Positions 58,550-64,000 of a DNA stretch of 64,000 nt are shown here, in pieces; within the stretch, counting starts at the first letter, position 1, and each line of letters begins with the position of its first letter. The stretch is from the human T2T-CHM13v2.0 reference genome, Homo sapiens, in the NCBI RefSeq assembly GCF_009914755.1, contig NC_060927.1. One strand, 5' to 3'. The position numbers were made by a program, and so were the translations under genes. The notes beneath the pieces are model-generated. The model made no database searches and was not told the DNA's origin. It saw nothing but the letters and a program-made list of their open reading frames with translations.

Positions 58550-60097
58550 TGAGACGTGACAGCGTGCTGGCAGTCCTCAGAGCCCTCGCTTGCTCTTGGC
58601 ACCTCCTCTGCCTGGGCTCCCACTTTGGCAGCATTTGAGGAGCCCTTCAGCCCACCACTGCACTGTGGGAGCCCCTTTCTGGGCTGGCCAAGGCTGAAGC
58701 CCATTCCCTCAGCTTGCAGGGAGGTGTGGAAGGAGAGTCGCGAGTGGGAACTGGGGCTGCGTGCGGTGCTGGCGGGCCGGCTGGAGTTCCGGGTGGGTGT
58801 GGGCTTGGCGGCCCCCGCACTCGGAGCAGCTGCCGGCTCTGCCAGCCCAGGGCAATGAGGGACTTAGCACCCGGGCCAGCGGCTGCGGAGGGTGTACTGG
58901 GTCCCCCAGCAGTGCCAGCCCACCAGCGCTGAGCTCGATTTCTCACCAGGCCTTAGTTGCCCTCCCACGGGGCAGGGCTTGGGACCTGCAGCCCGCCGTG
59001 CCTGAGCCTCCCACCCACTCCATGGGCTCCTGTGCGGCCCCAGCCTCCCCGACGAGCACCACCCCCTGCTCCACTGCACCCAGTCCCATCGACCACCCAA
59101 GGGCTGAGGAGCGCGAGCACACGGCGCTGGACTGGCAGCCAGCTCCACCTGCAGCCCCGCTGCGGGATCCACTAGGTGAAGCCAGCTGGGCTCCTGAGTC
59201 TGGTGGGGAGGTGGAGAGTCTTTATGTCTAGCTCAGGGGTTGTAAACACACCAATCAGCACCCTGTGTCTAGCTCAGGGTTTGTGAATGCACCAATCGAC
59301 ACTCTGTATCTAGCTGCTCTGGTGGAGCCTTGGAGAACCTTTATGTCTAGCTCAGGGATTGTAAATACACCAATTGGCAGTCTGTATCTAGCTCAAGGTT
59401 TGTAAACACACCAGTCAGCGCCCTGTGTCTAGCTCAGGGTTTGTGAATGCACCAATCGACACTCTGTATCTAGCTACTCTGGTGGGGCCTTGGAGAACCT
59501 TTGTGTCCACACTCTGTATCTAACTAATCTGATGGGGACGTGGAGAACCTTTGTGTCTAGCTCAGGGATTGTAAACGCACCAATCAGCGCCCTGTCAAAA
59601 CAGACCACTCGGCTCTACCAATCAGCAGGATGTGGGTGGGGCCAGATAAGAGAATAAAAGCAGGCTGCCCTAGCCAGCAGTGGCAACCCGCTGGGGTCCC
59701 CTTCCACAGTGTGGAAGCTTTGTTCTTTCGCTCTTTGCAATAAATCTTGCTACTGCTCACTCTTTGGGTTCACACTGCTTTTATGAGCTGTAACACTCAC
59801 CGTGAAGATCTGCAGCTTCACTCCTGAGCCCAGCGAGACTACAAGCCCACCGGGAGGAACGAACAACTCCAGACGCTCTGCCTTAAGAGCTGTAACACTC
59901 ACCACGAAGGTCTGCAGCTTCACTCCTGAGCCAGCGAGACCACGAACCCACCAGAAGGAAGAAACTCCGAACACATCTGAACATCAGAAGGAACAAACTC
60001 CACACGCGCCACCTTAAGAGCTGTAACACTCACCACGAGGGTCCGTGGCTTCATTCTTGAAGTCAGTGAGACCAAGAACCCACCAATTCCAGACACA
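58550..60097 (+). mobile_element. LTR12C-like (HERV9) full-length solo LTR, inserted in a MIR
   Basis: tgagacgtgacagcgtgctggc...ccaattccagacaca; 4-bp TSD TTAC (58546-49 / 60098-101). It has a GC-rich U3, CCAAT tandem repeats (59220-59625), AGATAA at 59644, AATAAAA at 59653 and poly-A signal AATAAA at 59739. Confidence 0.96.
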
Positions 60098-60789
60098 TTA
60101 CTATGTCACAGACCCAGTGCTAAATACTTGATATGATTATTTAAGTCAATCTTCATAATAACCCTATGAGCTACATATGATTTCAGATGGGGAATCTGAA
60201 TCTCAGTGAGGCTGATTACTTGCCCAAGCTGGTGAGTGACAGATCCATTTGACCTTGACTCTCTGGCCACAGATGACTGAACCAAGAGGTAGAGAAGCCC
60301 TTTTAAGAGCTAGCCAGCTGACTGCCCACCACTTGTGAAGCCCAGTGCAAGAAAGAAAAACTGATCCAATTGAAGTTTTCTTAGGGATTTGGGGATGGGG
60401 AACCTGAGACTATGCCATAAGCTGTAGGAGAGCGAGCTGCTGAAAGATCACACTGAGTTGGTCCAGAGCTGGCATCATGACAAGCCCAACAGTGCCACAT
60501 ACAAGGAGGAGACACAGGGAGCAGAACCTATAGGTCAGTAACAAGTGAAGGCAGAGAGAGAAGGGGAATGAAACTGACCCACAAAGAGAAGTCCTAGGTT
60601 CCTGCAACTATATATTCTCTTATTAAAAAGCCATTTTCTTGAGGTAATGGAGCAAGTGCCTATTCTTTGCCAAAAACTCTGTCTAAAATATTCACCAAAA
60701 TATGACAGCAGAGACACTCCCCACTCAGGGTCTGAGCTCTCATCAGCGTCTACCCTGCATAGCAAATTAGCATCACTAGTAACAACCCA

Positions 60790-61810
60790 ACTGTGTGCCT
60801 CTTAATAAGATGCAAGTAACCGGCATCCCTTAGGATGTTTTCCTGCCCAAAAGTGTTTAACCTAAAACAAATTAAGTCTTTAGATCCAAATTACCAGATT
60901 ACAAGAAATATATAGAGCTGAAGAACAAGTTAAATGACATCATAGGGAAGCAGTCAGATAAACCCAACTGTGAGACACATTCCAAAGTTCCATGGGTTTT
61001 TTTGAGACAGGGTCTCACTCCATTGCCCAGGCTGGACTGCAGTCGCACAATCACAGCTCACTGCAGCCTCCAACTCCAGAGCTCAAGTGATCCTCCCACC
61101 TCAGCTGCCCAAGTAGCTGAGACTACAGGCATGCACCACCAAGCCTGGCTAATTTTTGTATTTTTTGTACAGATAGGTTTCGCCATGTTGCCCAGGCTGG
61201 TCTTGAACTCCTAAGCTCAAGCAATCCACCCGCCTTGACCTCCCAAAGTGCTGGGATTACAGGCATGAGCCACTGTGCCCAGCCTCCAAAGTTTCAAAAG
61301 ACAAATTGGTCTTTTCAAAAACTGGAGGGACGAGGGGAGTATCTGAGAATCAAAAAGGCTTAAGAAACATAACAAAATGAAATCATGGTCCTTGATTGGA
61401 TAAAAACAAACAAAAAATAAATCCAGCTAGATGCAGTGCATGATCCTTGAATGATTTGGGGGAAACCAGTTATAAAAGACAACTGAGAAAATATGAATAT
61501 AGATGGAATATTAGAATGTTGGAGAATTATTGATAACTTAGGTTTGATGATGATACTATGATAATGTAGGAAAATGTCCTTATAATTAGGACATATATAC
61601 TGAAATATTTAGATGTGAAGAATCATAGTATCTGTAATTGTGTTACTTTGGAATGGTTTAGTAAAATAAAGCCAAACTGTATCAACAACTAGAGACAAAT
61701 ACATAAAGCAAATGTTAGGAACTGTTAATTCTAGATGGTGAGTGTTTGATGCACTTATCTTTTAACTTTTCCATATGTTTGAAATTTTTCATAATAAAAA
61801 GTTGAAAAAT
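60790..61810 (+). mobile_element. L1MC-like 3' relic with AluJ (60997-61284, minus)
   Basis: ttcctgcccaaaagtgtttaaccta...tttgaaatttttcataataaaaagtt. Confidence 0.7.
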
Positions 61811-64000
61811 AGCGCACAATAAATAAGAATCATGGAAACCATGTAGAAGACAACACATGAAGGCAGACATCCCTTCTCCCAATAGACCACACTCAATAAT
61901 GCCTCCTCCCTGCTAGAACAAGTATTGTATATACATCTTCAGTTGAGCCCCAGAGGAAGCTGTTGTTTGTTTTTAGGGGGTAGGCTGCACAAAAAGCCCA
62001 TGTTAACATCTAGAATCACCATCACTCCAATAGGATAGACAGAGGAAATGACAGAGTCACTCATCTAACTTGTGCTGAGTCATAAGTTTTCTCCCCATCC
62101 TCTTTTTAATGAAGTGGTTTAGTTCAACCTGCATAAATTAAATGGACTTCCCTGAAGTCAGAGCTTTACACTTAACACAAATTTTCATCTGTCCATAAAA
62201 AAGTAATCAGTCTCATTCCCCCTTTTCTCTAAATGAAATGTTAGGTCGAATCAGCCCTGAGGTACAAAAACACATCATGTAGCAGTATTCTGCTGTATAA
62301 GAATGTCTCCTCTTCCCTGAATGTGTATTAACCAAGGGGTCAGGTGCTGGTGGTCCTTGCTGCTGCTACAGCATCTAATACCGCTGGTTTTATTTCCAGC
62401 ACCACGTGGGAGTTGGCAGTAACAGTCATGCACAAAAAAGCTGGTCCTGGAGTTGTGTTCATTGAGATTTCCAGGGTTGGATGGCAGAGAGAGCCTGAGT
62501 GGAGACTGACAAATGCAGGAGGCCCAAAAATCAAGGAAGAAAAGAATTTTAATCTTCACACTTATATAGGGCAGCCCATTTTAAAATGGGCCCCATGCAA
62601 TCAAGATTAATGATTATTAGTTTTTAGAGACTACTAATTTCAATTACGGAGGAAGAATAAGTTTGTAAGACTTATTCATCTTCGATAATAGAATATATTT
62701 TAAGTGATGTTACTTATAATTAAGTGGTTAGTAAGTCAAATGTGTGCACCTAACACAGACAAGAAGGGATGGAAGGAGCAAAAGATACCTAATATTCATG
62801 AGGCATCTGGTTACACTAAATATGCATGAGACTTACAAGGCACTAAATATACAGAGGCACTAAGAACACATGAGCACGTAACATACATGAGGCCTTAGCT
62901 CGGCTCCCCGTTGAAGATAACCTATTCTAGCCTCATGTGTCTTCTGCCCAAGAGATAAAACAGAAATTAGCCAGCTGTTCATCCAGCTAATTGGCAAACC
63001 GCAGTACAGACCAGGCGTACTTGTCCCTGAGTCTCTTTGATAAAGCTAGTGTGTGCCACTGGCCCAGGGCGCCTTTGTCTGTGAGTCTCTTGCTTGAAGT
63101 TCAACTCCAGTCCTTGTAGATGCATCGTCAGTCATGAAAGCTGACACTGTACAGAGAGATAGGACATTTGGACATTGCGAAGCCCAGGACTCAGGTAGTG
63201 TGGTCCTTCCATCCTGCCTGCACTCTCTGTGAAGTGTGTTAATGGATCCCATCTTTTTCCCCTTGCTTCTAGCTGTGTCTTTCAATTGATTTAACGGGCA
63301 GTATGATTTGGGCATTTAAAGGGGGGTGGTATTCGAGCCACAATCCAATCTCGTCCAGTCTATTCAGTGGGCCACACTCACTGTGAAGAGGAAGAAGTTG
63401 ATGACAGAGAAGAAAATCCAATAACAGGACTTTTACCAACCTCCACGCAAGAGGCTTCAATTCCCATTCCCAGATTCAGACACAGGCAGAAAGAGAAATA
63501 AACCTAACACGGAGGAAAGAAAGGGAAGTTTCGGCTTCAGAAAAGGAGGATTTTCTAAATAGGTATGTTCCCTCAGTTCTCGACATCACCATCTCCTCTC
63601 ATGCTTTCAAATACATAAGGCTCTTTTGGAGGTAGCAAGATCACTACCATGACATTTTTGTGTGTGTAATAAAGGCTACATTTGATTAAAATTAAAAATA
63701 AAAATTTCAATGAACAGTCATCAATACGACTAACCACAAAACAATACTGAGACTGATTCTTGGACCACCTTCTGTTTAAAACCCCTGACTGAACCCCAAT
63801 ACTTCCCAACAGTCTAGAAATGGCTTAAGAACACAATTTTCTAGGACCTGCTATTATTTTGATTCATCCCGAGGACTATTATGTTTTATGTCTTGCTGAA
63901 TAGCTTGCCAAACAGGCTGTTCTTGCTCCCAGAAGAGATTGTCCAGGTTGAAAAAAAATCAATAACTAAATGGACTGCTTCTAACCAAAGATGAAAGAAG

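Noticed and set aside
58556-60017. Several 70-156 aa ORFs and CpG-island-like composition
   Set aside because: They lie within the GC-rich LTR12C, where stop codons are scarce by composition.
59220-60040. Regularly spaced repeats superficially like a CRISPR array
   Set aside because: These are the normal LTR12 U3/U5 tandem repeats; there are no unique spacers or cas genes and the DNA is eukaryotic.

Overview
Primate (almost certainly human) genomic DNA: a repeat-rich, mainly intronic segment of ARHGEF3 (XPLN, a RhoA/RhoB GEF, 3p14.3), transcribed on the minus strand. The gene is recognised from a 63-nt coding exon at 6620-6682 encoding RKRKQSTQDEDAVSLCSLDIS with canonical splice sites. A probable alternative first exon at ~40612-40750 encodes MRSERPMVWCCLFVRSQ and joins that exon in frame. 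Much of the rest is interspersed repeat: ~27 Alus, L1/L2/MIR relics, DNA transposon relics, and solo LTRs (full-length LTR12C, THE1, MER41). Nearly all other track ORFs are repeat-derived or chance. No prokaryote-type system or new gene family is supportable. The best leads are: (i) an isoform-specific di-cysteine/polybasic/RxRxxS N-terminus with a competing donor that removes its ATGs; (ii) several short local non-tandem duplications or templated insertions; (iii) an Alu with a ~45-bp target duplication; (iv) an antisense LTR12C promoter; (v) a GATA/half-E-box/RUNX enhancer-like cluster. Repeat subfamily names come from recalled consensus sequences and repeat boundaries are approximate.
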